Assembly: GCA_030265395.1 (NCBI GenBank)
Contig: JARFYF010000063.1
Coordinates: forward strand, 49,572,043 to 49,636,042
Direction of reading: 5' to 3'
From: Rhina ancylostomus
Lineage: Eukaryota
Length of the DNA stretch: 64,000 nucleotides
Made by a program: the position numbers and the translations under genes. The notes under the pieces were generated by a model that was not told the origin of the DNA, did not search any database, and was given only the letters and a program-made list of their open reading frames with translations. Below, in pieces: positions 40,790 through 52,887 of this stretch; position 1 is the stretch's first letter; the number at the start of each line of letters is the position of its first letter.

Positions 40790-41640
40790 TAAGAAAATAT
40801 CTCAGTACATTTCACAAAAGCAAAAGTGGAAGCTGAGCCAAAGAAGCAGATATCAGCGTGAGTGTCTGAAAGCCTGCTGAAAGAGGTAGCCAAGGCATGA
40901 TGCCAATATCTGTGCAGGGGAATGCCTAAGAAGATGGGCTTAGAGGAATGAAAAGTTTGGTGTGTGAGAATATACAGAGCATTGGATGTGGTTACAGTTA
41001 AAAGTGAGAAAACCTTTGAAGAGATTTAAATAGGAGGTCAGGGCAGCATGCTGATGATGATTCACTGAGGACCTGGTGTTGAAAGGATGAAAAGCCTGGA
41101 GTGACCAGAAACTTATAATGGCTGGAAGATGAAACATGGAAGGCACTGGAATATTTGAATCTGAAAATATATTTTAAAAAAAACTATCTATGAAGCTTTA
41201 GGCTTAGTGAAGGTGGAGCAGAGGTGAGTAACATGATTGAGGTGAAAGTTGATGGCTTGATGTTGGAAAGGCGCGTTTACTACTTTGTGTCACGGTGAAA
41301 ACATTGTTAAGGTGACGTGCCTTCTGGATCAGCTTGAGACTGTGGTCAGAGAGGATGGAGCTATTGACGATCTTACAATTTTTTTTAACCGAGGCTGAAG
41401 ATATTGAGTCAGAGGCTGGATGTCGAAGATATGGTCTTGTCCCTAGAATCTGTGGGGAAAGGTGACGAGAGGTCATGGTGAGAAAGAAGTTGTTGTTAAA
41501 GTGTATGTTTCAGAGCTGACTGCATATGCATAGATGATGTCATCAAAGGACAACATACAGGCGATGAGGGGGCTGAAGATAATTTGGGGGAAAATTGGGT
41601 GGCCATGTGGAAGCAAAGAGGAGCAAGGGTAGGGATGCTT
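40790..41640 (-). mobile_element. Decayed L2-like LINE
   Basis: Purine-rich antisense L2-like blocks. gcatagatgatgtcatc resembles antisense RT-region sequence. Confidence 0.4.
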
Positions 41641-42104
41641 TGCTACCTAATGCAGTCTCCTGATATCATCGGGGGCGTTCCTGCAAACTCAGTGCACTGC
41701 CATTCTTGGCCTTTGGTTTTCTCCCTTTCCCTTCTGTGAGTATGAAGCAGCAGTTAGTGGTGGCTCTTCACACTTGTGAGGGCTGTTTCTCAATCCATGG
41801 GCAAGATTACAATGATTTTGATGCCCAAGCTTAATACCTGGTAATGGATACATCATAATTAAGTGAAAGGATATTCATTCTGGTATTGCTATTCTCATGT
41901 TTAACTAGTGTTGAGAAAAGACTGGTTGTACTTGCCATTGCTGACAAGTTATCAAGTGCAATCCCATTGAATCTTCACAGCTTACCAAAAGTATAAGAAT
42001 GAAGTTCTTGACTTAAATGCAGTTTGATTGTGTGGCTGTGGCATTGGATATAGGTAAAGATATGGAATCCAGGCAGTTTGAGTTGTTGCCTGATCTTTCA
42101 ACCT

Positions 42105-42732
42105 TTCAATGTCACTGAAACAAAAGAGCTGGTCATTCACTTCAGGAAGGGGGGTGGTGCACATGTTCCTGTCTACATCAATGGTGCTGAGATTGAGAGC
42201 TTCAGGTTCCTCGGAGTAAACGTCACCAATTGCCTGTCCTGGTCCAACCACATAGATGCCATGGCCAAGAAAGCTCACCAGCACCTCTACTTCCTCAGGA
42301 GGCTAAAAGAAATTTGGCATGTCCCCTTGACCCTCACCAATTTTTATTGATACACCAATAGAAAGCATCCTATCTAGATGCATCACAGCTTGGTAATGGC
42401 GACTGCTCTGCCCGTGATGCAAGAAACTGCAGAGAGTTGTGGACACAGCTCAGCACATCACAGAAACCAGCCTCCCCTCCATGGACTCCATCTACAGTTC
42501 CTGCTGCCTTGATAAAGCAGCCAACATATTTGAAGGCCCCACCCACCCTGGACATTTTCTCTTCTCCCCCATCCCATCAGACAGAAGATACAAAAGCCTG
42601 AAAGCAAGTACCACCAGGCTCAAGGACAGCTTCTATCCCACTGTTATGACCATTGAACAGTCCTCTATTATGATAAGGACTCTTGACCTCACAATCCACC
42701 TCGTTATGGCCTTGCACCTTATTGTCTGCCTG
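42105..42732 (+). mobile_element. Rex1/Babar-type LINE 3' end, copy 1
   Basis: ORFs give FNVTETKELVIHFRK..FRFLGVNVTNCLSWSNHIDAMAKKAHQHLYFLRRLK and HPGHFLFSPIPSDRRYKSLKASTTRLKDSFYP, characteristic Rex1-clade C-terminal motifs. Confidence 0.85.
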
Positions 42733-42832
42733 NNNNNNNNNNNNNNNNNNNNNNNNNNNNNNNNNNNNNNNNNNNNNNNNNNNNNNNNNNNNNNNNNNNN
42801 NNNNNNNNNNNNNNNNNNNNNNNNNNNNNNNN

Positions 42833-43415
42833 AAATTTGGCATGTCCCCATCGACCCTCACCAATTTTTATCAATACATCATAGAAAACATCCTATCTGG
42901 ACGCATCATGGTTTGGTATAGCAACTGCTCTGCCCGTGACCGCAAGAAACTGCAGAGAGTAGTGGACACAACTTAGCATATCACAGAACTCAGCCTCCCC
43001 ACCGTAAACTCTTTCTATACTCCTCACTGCCTTTGTAAAGCGGCCAGCATAATCCAAGATCCCACCCATCCCAGATATTCTCTCTCTTTCCCTCTCCCAT
43101 CGAGCAGAAAATACAAAAGCCTGAAAGCACGTACCACCAGGCTCAAGGACAGCTCCTGTCTAGCAGTTATAAGACTTTGAACAGTCCTCTAGTATGATAA
43201 GCTGGACCCTTTACCTCTCAATCTATCTCATTATGACCTTGCACCTTATTGTATATCTGCACTGCACTTTCTCTGTAGCTGTTACACTTTATTCTGCATT
43301 ATGTTATTGTTTTACCTTGTACTACCTCAATGCACTGTGTAATGAATTGATCTGTTTGAACGATATGCAAGACAACTTTTTCACTGTACCTCAGTACATG
43401 TGACAATAATAATCC
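42833..43415 (+). mobile_element. Rex1/Babar-type LINE 3' end, copy 2, with 3' UTR
   Basis: KFGMSPSTLTNFY..IENILSGRIMVWYSNCSARDRKKLQRVV. Collinear with copy 1 and ends tacatgtgacaataat. Confidence 0.85.
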
Positions 43416-44334
43416 AATTCCATTTCCAGAAGTTTGACCATTGTCCACTTGTTAAGTTAGTAACCAAAATGCGATCCTGTGCAGAAGCTCATGTTGGTTA
43501 ACCTTTGGATTCAGTAGAGCTGGTGTAGCTACAAGAGAGCAGAGAATCTATTGCTTGCAGTTTACAGAATTGGCTGCCTTTAGTCCATTGCCTTTCCTTG
43601 ATCATCAATTAATTCAGAAGCCAAACCTCTTAGTAACTATGTATGTTAGTGTTCACCCACAGGTCTCCCTGTCCCTCTCCCCTGCCCTTTCTCTTCCCAT
43701 CAGAAGTCTGCAGTGTTAAAACAAATTCTAACAAAATGGTACATTGTTATTTGTTTATTTATATTTAACAAATTAATTTTGAGATCCACATTTAACATGT
43801 TCGCAATTTCCAACCATCTATGTTCACATGAGGTTTGTGTTGCAGTTGTTGAGCACGAAAGCTGTTATGGAATACATGATGAGTTCATTCTTAGAAGAAA
43901 ATAAAACCAATTTTGAAACTGTAGTTAACAATCATCAAATATCTAATAAATACTCTGTTGAGAAATCTGCTGTTTTGTGGGCAAGATTTGTGCTTGGTGC
44001 CAATTTAAAAATATTTCATTTTAAACACTGCAGCTGCTAAATTAATTCTGTATTGAATTTCCAGCTGTTCAAAATTAAAATGCCTCATGTAAATAGTATG
44101 AATTTATTGTTTATTTTACTGTGAAATTTGACAGATGGACTTTCTAATCAGAGTTGTATCAGCCATAGACCACAGTGATTTGAATGGGAAGAGTTTCTGC
44201 TTCCATAAAAGCATACATGCATCAGATTGTTTAATATGATCCTAAATGCTTGGTGGGAGCAGGAGGAGGGAGAAACAATGTTGTGTGCATTTGGTAAGAT
44301 ATGCCTTGGGTTAATGGTGTTAATGAGGATTGTT

Positions 44335-44690
44335 GCTGCATTGTGGTTAAGTTACTGAGCTAGTAACCAGAGTTCTGGACCACTGATCCAGAGACATGAG
44401 CTTGAATCCTACCATGGTAGCTGGGGAATTTAAATTCAAGTAATTAAGTAAGTCTGGAATGAAAAGCTACTATCAGTAATGGTGACCATGAAACTACTTG
44501 TCATAAAACTCATCTGGTTCACTGATGTCCCTTCAGAGAAGAAAATCTGTCATCCTTATTTGATCTGGCCAATATGTGACTCCAGAACCACTGACATGGT
44601 TGGCTCTTAATTGCCTCCACAGTTCAAGGACAATTGGGGATGGGCAATGCACAGTAGCCTTGCCAGTGATGTCCACATCCCTGAACAAAT
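44335..44690 (+). mobile_element. Near full-length tRNA-derived SINE
   Basis: A-box-like tgtggttaag and B-box-like gagcttgaatcc. Core tggttcactgatgtccc..gaaaatctg. The tail gatgggcaa..gccttgccagtgatgtccacatccc is shared with LINE ends in this window. Confidence 0.75.
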
Positions 44691-46267
44691 ATTGACCTAA
44701 AATGAACTTTATATCTACCCTGTCCACAAAATTTCTGGGTTTAGGTAATTTAAAAGCTGTATTTTAAAATTTCTTGTGTTACTTTATTCACAAAGTTTGA
44801 TTAAAAGCTGGTAAATGTATTAATAGTGTTGTAAATTTATTCATTTCCAAGATTGTGGAATATGTAGATATTTCATGAAAAGGTTGTAAACATCAAAATC
44901 AGAGCCCAAAACTATTAATTACACATTTAAATACATAATGAAGTTATTGTGTTTAAACTCTAGACTACATATAGCACAGAATGCCAGTCTTGCAGATTCA
45001 TTAGGGAATGGAGAAGTGTTCTGGGATTACATTTCTGGCAGGGTTTATGTTGCTGTTTACACAAATTAAGCGAGTCATGACTATTCAAAAATTGAGATTA
45101 AAATGTTATTAGCTAGAGACTACATTCAGCGATCTGTTAGTAATAGAGAAAAGCATTTTAGCCATTCATGAAAATCTTAGCTTCTGCAAATTTGTACCAT
45201 TTAAAAATAAACAGGTCCTGGAAAGAACAGCATGCTGCCTGGCTTTTGCCCTTGTTCCCAAATAATGTTGAACTTCAAATTTAATCAGAAGTATTTCCCC
45301 TCTTTTCGTAAAGAATACCCTGATGCTTGTGTGTGAAACATCAAATACAGGCAGTTGTCAGTGTTAATTGCTGATGCTAGACACAGTCATTTCAGAAACC
45401 ACCTATCATACTGTGGATAAAAACCAGTGAGGGAGTTGTCAGTACAGTGGATGCAATATTGTGATGGGAAATAAGTCTCAGAACCCCACATTAAATTGAT
45501 CACTTGGTGGTCCTTGTTCTGATGCAATTTTTGAGTTCAATTTATAACAGGAAAGTTACTGTTTACGGCATGAATGCGCATACAGCGGCAGTGCTTCTAC
45601 AAGCCTTATTTCATAAAATGAGAGCAATTATTTATTATTTGACTTGCCTGCTCTACATAATGTAAAGACAGTAATTGCCACAGGAAATTACATTTTTAAC
45701 AAATAAAATCCTTCAGTAAAAACAGGCCTTGTTATCAGTTGCCTATATCAGTTATGATTTGCGTGCCAAAGAAGTATTACTTCACAATTTACCTAATTTT
45801 TCCATTTAACACAAATGTGTGCTTGTCTCTCTGTGTGTGCATACAAAACCCCATATTGGTATATGGGAAAATTTTGAGAGGTGCATTGATAGAATTCATA
45901 TTGCACTGCAAACATTTTCCAATTAAAAGTTGTGTCCTTGAATTTCCAAATCTGTATTTCATCAAGTCTTTTTTTTAAAAAGCCTGATACCTGTGTACAT
46001 CATACCAACCCCTTCATTTGATCTGGGGATGAGCGTAACTCCCCTACTCCTTAACTGAACAGTAATTCTCTCTCATTTCTTATGCAATAGTATCTCCCAC
46101 TTGTTTACCTACATTCGAGGGGTGGAGCTCACATTGCAGAAGGTTTTCGGTGGGCTATATATTTCACTAGTTCCATGTCACAACACATTGGTTGACCAGC
46201 AGTGCTGGCCTTGATATTTAGTCATTGTCAGCTACTCATAAACACTTCAATTTGTTTTCTTTTCCAG

Positions 46268-46313
46268 TGCCCCAATGCCCTATCTGATTGGCGTTCACTT
46301 GAGCTTAATGGAA
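46268..46313 (+). CDS. DENND1B: DENND1B internal exon, 46 nt: (C)APMPYLIGVHLSLME
   Basis: Acceptor ttttccAG, donor GTaagt. The first base completes the TG-T Cys codon from the previous exon. APMPYLIG is a DENN motif. Confidence 0.96.
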
Positions 46314-47484
46314 GTAAGTTGAATGTTTTTAAATTATATTTAGCAATATGAGCACGTGTAAAGTCATAGAATAGAAACCTTATTACGTGGCTTAAAGGGC
46401 AGAAGCAAATGTTGACTAAATGTCAGAGACACCGTGCCAACAATATTGTCACCGCCTTGTGTTGCAAATGTTGAAAGTGTGCAGTAATACCGTGTACATA
46501 ATGGATGAGAAAGATCCTGGGTATGACAACTGGGAACACTTTCAAGATATTTTGGGAAACACAGAAAATACTTCATCTTAGAAAACAATTTTGTATTAAA
46601 TAAGTATGCTGCTCTGTATTTAATTATTTTGCTGAATGTTTCTGTGCTTAGATTTTTAGGAATGTGGTCCACTGTGGAATTTACAAACACATTCCCTGGT
46701 GGTAAGATGGGCTGCAGAGTTTCTTGCTGTCCTTTGAGCTTTGTTGTAACATCACTATGGGTAGATTGTAGAAGTAGTGGGAATGGTCTCTGCCTTTAAT
46801 AGTTTAGATATGAAGACAATCTTGAATTGTTCATAGAAAACTTAGAAAAACAAATGTCAGATTGCTTAAACTTTAGATTACAGAGTAACCTTGACTGATT
46901 TTAGAATGCAGAAAAGTAAATGAAATACAAAGTACTTGTACTCCATGTTTGGGAATTAAAACATTTTCTTGAGGTATTTTTTTAAACTGCTGAAACCATG
47001 TCTTCCATATAAATGTTGCTAAAAATTGTGCTGTGTGCAAGTGAATTGGATGATGTGTTCTGCATTTGCCATTCCAGTTATTATAGGTTCAAATCTAGCC
47101 CAGTCTCCTCTGTCTTTGTTCAATCCATTGCCCAGCAGGCTTGAAACATGATGGATGATGTAGGAGACCATGGGCAGGTGAGAGAGAGGGAAGTAGTCAC
47201 CTTGGTGTACCAGATTAAGCTTTCTGAAGCATATTGTTACATCTGAATAAAAGAAGTACTCCAGAATAATCTGCACCATACCTGATGTGGGAGTATTTGC
47301 TTTTGACATCCCTGAAATGTGAGGAGTAGAAAAAACTTTCTCTTTATGCTGGTAGGATTTGAGCTGGCAAAGGTTGGTGCAGGTACCTTGAAAATGTAAA
47401 TTATGAAACACTTCCAATTTTCACCTGAGTACAGAAATATGACTGCTTTTGTGTTCCCTGTGCTGTAATATTGGGATGCCTTTT

Positions 47485-47645
47485 AACCATACGAATATAG
47501 AACAGTACAGCGCAGGAACAGGCCCCTTTGGCCCACAGTGTCTGAGCCCACCATGATGTCAATTTAAACTGCACATCTGCCAGCACGTGGTCCATATCCC
47601 TCAATATCCTGCCTGTTCGTGCCCCTGTCTCAATGTCTTCTGAAT
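47485..47645 (-). mobile_element. CR1 3' tail fragment
   Basis: atagaacagtacagcgcaggaacaggccc..ggcccaca is an antisense HER1-like tail. Confidence 0.65.
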
Positions 47646-50544
47646 GCTTCTGGCCACAATGCATTCTGGCAATTAACATAGTCACATGAAGGTTAAAGGC
47701 AAGCTTGACTTGTTCTAGTCAAAATGTGGAGAGGTGAAATTAAAACAAAAAAAAATTGAAAAGTCTGAGCAGCTGTAAACAGAGTTCACGTTTCAGGTTG
47801 AAGACACTGAATCAGTACAGTTGTGAAAGTACCTGAAATTACTTACAGGGATAGTCACTTTGCTGTCATTGGCAATTTTACCCATTTGTACTGTTGCACC
47901 AGTCTCTTCCCAGTGCACTGTATTAGCTCGCTTTTACCTCTCGTTCTCTATTGTGTTGTGTAATTTTTGCTTAGTGCAGACACTTGAGGTCTGGCATTTT
48001 CTTCCATGGGCACAACCCAGAAATTCTGCCTTCCTGTTGCAATATGCCCAAATTTAAAATGAGCATAAATTGGCATGAAAGCCGACACTCATTTGTATCT
48101 TCTTTACAGTGCTCTCTGTTTAAAGTTTCAACTTATTTATCCATCATTCACATACGTTGACACAACAGGTTTAAGAGACTACAACCAGGGAAACGTCAAT
48201 TTTTAATGTGATTTCTTAAACTTGGATTAAAATGCACGTAATACAGAGCAGACCTTGGTAGGAATGGATTTTTTTCAACTGCTGGGAAAAGTTGTTGTGA
48301 AAAGAAGATAAGAATTGTTATCTTCCTGTACTCGCAAATCCTATGGAAATATCAAGAGATTCCACTGCCTCAACTGCTCACGCCCCTGAACCAGTGCAAC
48401 TGAGAGGCGCTTTTGACAATTGGAGCTGTGCCAATTTCATTCATTCATATGGATAGACACAGGGATGGAAATTGTAGTTGTGCCTATAACTAGAATTATT
48501 TAAGCTAGGTGGTTTGGTCGCCTCAATATCATATGAATATCTCAGTGCAACTGTGAGCGAAACTGCCAGACATGGATTTCAGTTTCCAGCTCAAAGTTTG
48601 CATTTGTGTCCACACCAAAGTGGACCTTTTGTTGCTATCAGATTTTTCTGTTTAGGTAATTCCTGAAAGATTTTTTTATTCCTCCATTTTTTTTTCAAAA
48701 CTGTATATAATTAAGATGTGCAGTAGACTTAAGTTTTTCTGCAGTGTTCCACAAAATACATAGCAGAGATACAGAGGTAGATAACACAGCAAAACCAAGT
48801 ACAGGTTAGTTTTATGTTCATTTGAGCCTCCTCCTACCCTTCATCATCTAACTTATCATCATCTACTATTTCCTCTTCTCACATAGTTTCCCATTAAAAG
48901 TTTCCCCTTAAAGTATTTGTCTGAACAACTGCTTACCATACCAAGTTCCAGGTTCTCACAATTTGCTTTGGAAAGTAGCTTTGTCTAAGTTCCTTTCTTG
49001 ATCTCATATTGGCCTTGATTTTTTTTTAATTCTATATTTTAATTTTTATGAAGATCATTCAGATATGGCAAACAAAACTGTACTTGCTACATGAGGAAAA
49101 ACTTGCAAAGTAGGTCTCCGCCCAAAACGTCGACTATTTATTTCCCTCCATAGATGCTGCCTGACCCGAGTTCATCCAGCACCTTTTGTGAAAGTAGGTC
49201 TTCTGTATGTTTCGTAGAGAAGATACACCACAATAACTCAGCAAGGTTTCTATGGCAGCATCTCCCCAAGCCCACAATCTTTATTGCTGGAACCAGGAAC
49301 AAGGAAGCATCACCATTTGCAAGTTCCCTTCCAAGCTATAAACATTCTGTCTTGCAAAAATGTTATTGACTCTTGCATGTCACTGGGTGATATTCCTGGA
49401 ACATCCCACCCAATAGCAATGCACTGCAGAGGTACAAAGAGATTGCTCACCACAGATATTGTGGGTGGGCAACAGACACTGGCCTTGCCAGCAGCACCCA
49501 TAGTCCATTCCTGCTTCTCTTCCTCATGGCTGATGCTGATTCCCGGCCTCTATTTATTTCTCCCTCATACTTAGCCTCTGTTATGATGCTTATTACCTTA
49601 CTCATCTATTTGTTACTTATTCAATCACTTACTCTCCTTTGCTAATAAAAATCTGTTAATTTCAGTGTGGAAACAAATTTGACTTTAACCTCTTTTGGTT
49701 TTACACACCAACCGATAAGGGCAGAACTCTTGCTTAGTGAGTGGATTTAAAATCTCAGACAACTCCACCAGGACCCATAAATGAAAATTGTTAGAGCCTG
49801 GAGCCTTTTTCTTTACCTTTGACTTCCTAAACCTTTTATTATGTGTTTCCTTCTGATAAGTGTTTTCAGTCTGCTCCATTGTATACCCCCTTTTTAATTT
49901 AAACATGTTTTTTTCTCTTGACATACCCCTGCAATTTCATTGCCAAAACAGTCACTAAATAATGATTTAATAATTCTTTGCTTAATTATTTTCAGACACA
50001 GTCTTCCTGCTTCTTCTGGTAAACAGTCTGATGTCTTTTTGCACCTTTCTCTTGATCTTGATTTAAATGAAGATAACTTAGTATGAGTACTACTGAAATA
50101 TTCCATTTACTAAATAGTGAGTTGCCACTCAAATTACATTCAACCTTCTAAAGTGGAACTGGAAATCATATATGCAAAGCTGCATTAGGTTTCATTTCTG
50201 TGCAAAATAAAGTTCTACGGTTTCAGTAACGGAACCCTTGCATTTAACAAAAAAGCCAATTTTATGGTCATGCATTTTGTGGAAGTGACCTTAACCCTTT
50301 GGCTTTGCACTGCAACCTGTAAGAGCAGTGTTACTGCCATAAAGTTGCCAAATACAGACAGGTAACACTCACACTCACAGCTGGTGGAATGGTGTCCCCT
50401 GGGAGAATACTTCAGGCTGGTGACATGGCAACTGTACAAAAATGATATTTCCTTTCACAACTCTTCAGACCACAGGCCAATTTGAGAAAATGAGGCAATC
50501 TTATTTACAACAGAGCTGAACACTTCCTCTTTTCTATTCAACAG

Positions 50545-50646
50545 AAGGTGAAGAGTAAAGCTTTAGAAGATGTGATTATATTAAATGTAGATACAAACAC
50601 ACTGGAAACACCATTTGATGACCTTCACAATCTACCGAGTGAAGTG
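50545..50646 (+). CDS. DENND1B: DENND1B internal exon, 102 nt: [34 protein letters not shown]
   Basis: Acceptor caacAG, donor GTgagt. Carries the LNVDTNTLE motif and is partly captured by ORF 50548..50757. Confidence 0.95.
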
Positions 50647-52442
50647 GTGAGTAAAAATGGAGCAGTGCTTTTTTTTAAAAACTTCATTAGCTCATTGAAT
50701 GTGATAAAATCTCTTCTGTTATCGAAAATGGATAGGTGGGAGGGTGGGGATGGGTAGGGGGAAGAAGCGGTTAGTGGTATCACATTTGTTGCTTTTTCTT
50801 GTGAAAGTCAGGAGCTGCAAATTGACATGTGCAAAAGCAGAATTATTTTCAAGATTTAGACTATGGCTGCAGAGGTTTTGAGTTGTGCAGCCAATCATAA
50901 ATGAAGCTCATGATCAGAAAGATATCTGCATTCATTAGTTGTAGCTTTTTAAAATGTAAGTCTCTTCATCTTATACTTAATCATTAAATTACAAAGTATG
51001 CATTTCTGTCTGCCTAGTGGCATTTCTTGCTGAAGAACGAGTTGAGTTGTGAAGGCAAGTAGAAGAAGGGGGCCAATTATCAGCTCCTGTTTCCCTGCCA
51101 CCTGCCAGCTCTTTTTCCTTTAATTAATGCTTGGATGGCACTGGTCAATATAATAAGAAATACTTTTACAGTTGGGGTCACAAAATTGATCCTTTGATCT
51201 TAAGTATTCTGAAACATTTGTTTCCTTGAATTACTAGTTTTCCAGTGCATTTTAATTTATTTCCACCTACTCACTGAGATGTTTCTAATGGAAATACGCT
51301 ATTTGTTTTAAAATCGACTATTGTCTCTCTTGCTTAGATTTCTTTTTAGAAAGAAAATGACAGTTTTAACTTGGCACAAAAGGATACTGGTCTAAATTAA
51401 AAGACATGGTTAAAAAAGGCTGCCTCTTTATCAATGAAGCCTGATAAATGAGATGTCAACTGCACCTCTACTTTGATCTTGTATTGCTTATACTTTTCCT
51501 TGCTAATAATGCATCAGGGTGCTTAGTATTTCATGTTTAAATTTAAGCAAACTATAAACAGTGCATAGCAATACCTGTACAAAGTGTACCCATTTCTGAC
51601 TATCCATTATGCGTTTCTAGAAACTAACATGCAGATTTATAAACAGCAGTACAATACATTGCTTTTGAATTTATCAAACACCACAATAGTCTGTGTGCAA
51701 TATTTTAATTTTTTATGCTCTTCTCCTCCCATTCCCAGATAATTTTAAAAAAATTATGATTTAGTCTCCTGCTGATTTGAGTAAAGCCGTTACAAGATAT
51801 GTTTAGTTACATGTGAGTTCATGTCACAAGGATTTTAGTCCATATGGAGTTTATTATTAGGTCAGTTTTTGTATTGGTCTCAGTTGTCATAAAGGTCTCC
51901 AGGTCACAGTTGTCCTGAATTACTGAACTGTTTTCATGTAGACGCACTGCTGTGTTGTATGCTGCCATCTTAATAATGGTCTCTTGTCAGATATTCACAC
52001 ATAATTTTTAAGAGTTATGGACTATTAGGAATATTAGTTTTCTTGATAGTATTCTGCTTTAGGAAATACTGTGTATTTCCAGATGAAGAATAATAATTGT
52101 GACAAGCCTCTGAAAGCCTGTTTATTTACTTCCATGCGGAAAGTATTAATGTTGTTGCGCTAATGTAGATTTAAGATCCCCCAATCAAATTTTATTTTAC
52201 AAAAGTTACCTTGGATATAAAGTATGAGTAACAAAACTCTGGTCTTTTTCATAAACCTAGTGTTATAAGATGAAGCCATGAGAAAATGCATTGGAAATTT
52301 CCTACTGCAGATTTTTTTGGCTTCCTTGTTTGTACCATTATCCTTATGTAGCAGCTCTTGGTAGCCACTGCAATGGCTTCTGTAGAGAAAAACTGTGATC
52401 AAAACTGCTTGTAGTTTGCTTCCAGCATAAATCAAGACCATT

Positions 52443-52887
52443 AGTCATAGCATTAGAGTTGTACAACACAGAAATAGGCCCTTTGACCCACCATGTCCAT
52501 GCTGACCTTTTTGCCATTCTGCATTAATCCCATTTGCCTGCATTAGGACCGTATCCTTCCATGCTTTACCTGTTTGTGTCTACCGGAATGCCTCTTTAAT
52601 GTAGTGATGGTGTCTGATTCCGCCACTTCCTCGAGCAGTTGTGTTCCAGATATCAACCACTCTCTATATGAAAACACTTATCCAACAGATCCCTTTTAAT
52701 ACGTCCTCTCACCTTAAACCTATGCCCTATTGTTTTTACTACCCCTATTTATGCCTCTCAATCTTCTAAACTTCTATCACATCTCACCTCAGCCTTCTTA
52801 TCTCTGGGGCCAACAAGCTTAGCCTATCCAATCTCTCCCCATAACTAAAGTTCTCCAATCCAGACCACATCCTGGTGAATCTCCTCA
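52443..52887 (-). mobile_element. CR1 (HER1-like) LINE 3' end
   Basis: gcctatccaatctctccccataa and catcctggtgaatctcctc are reverse complements of blocks in 27045-27105. Confidence 0.8.
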
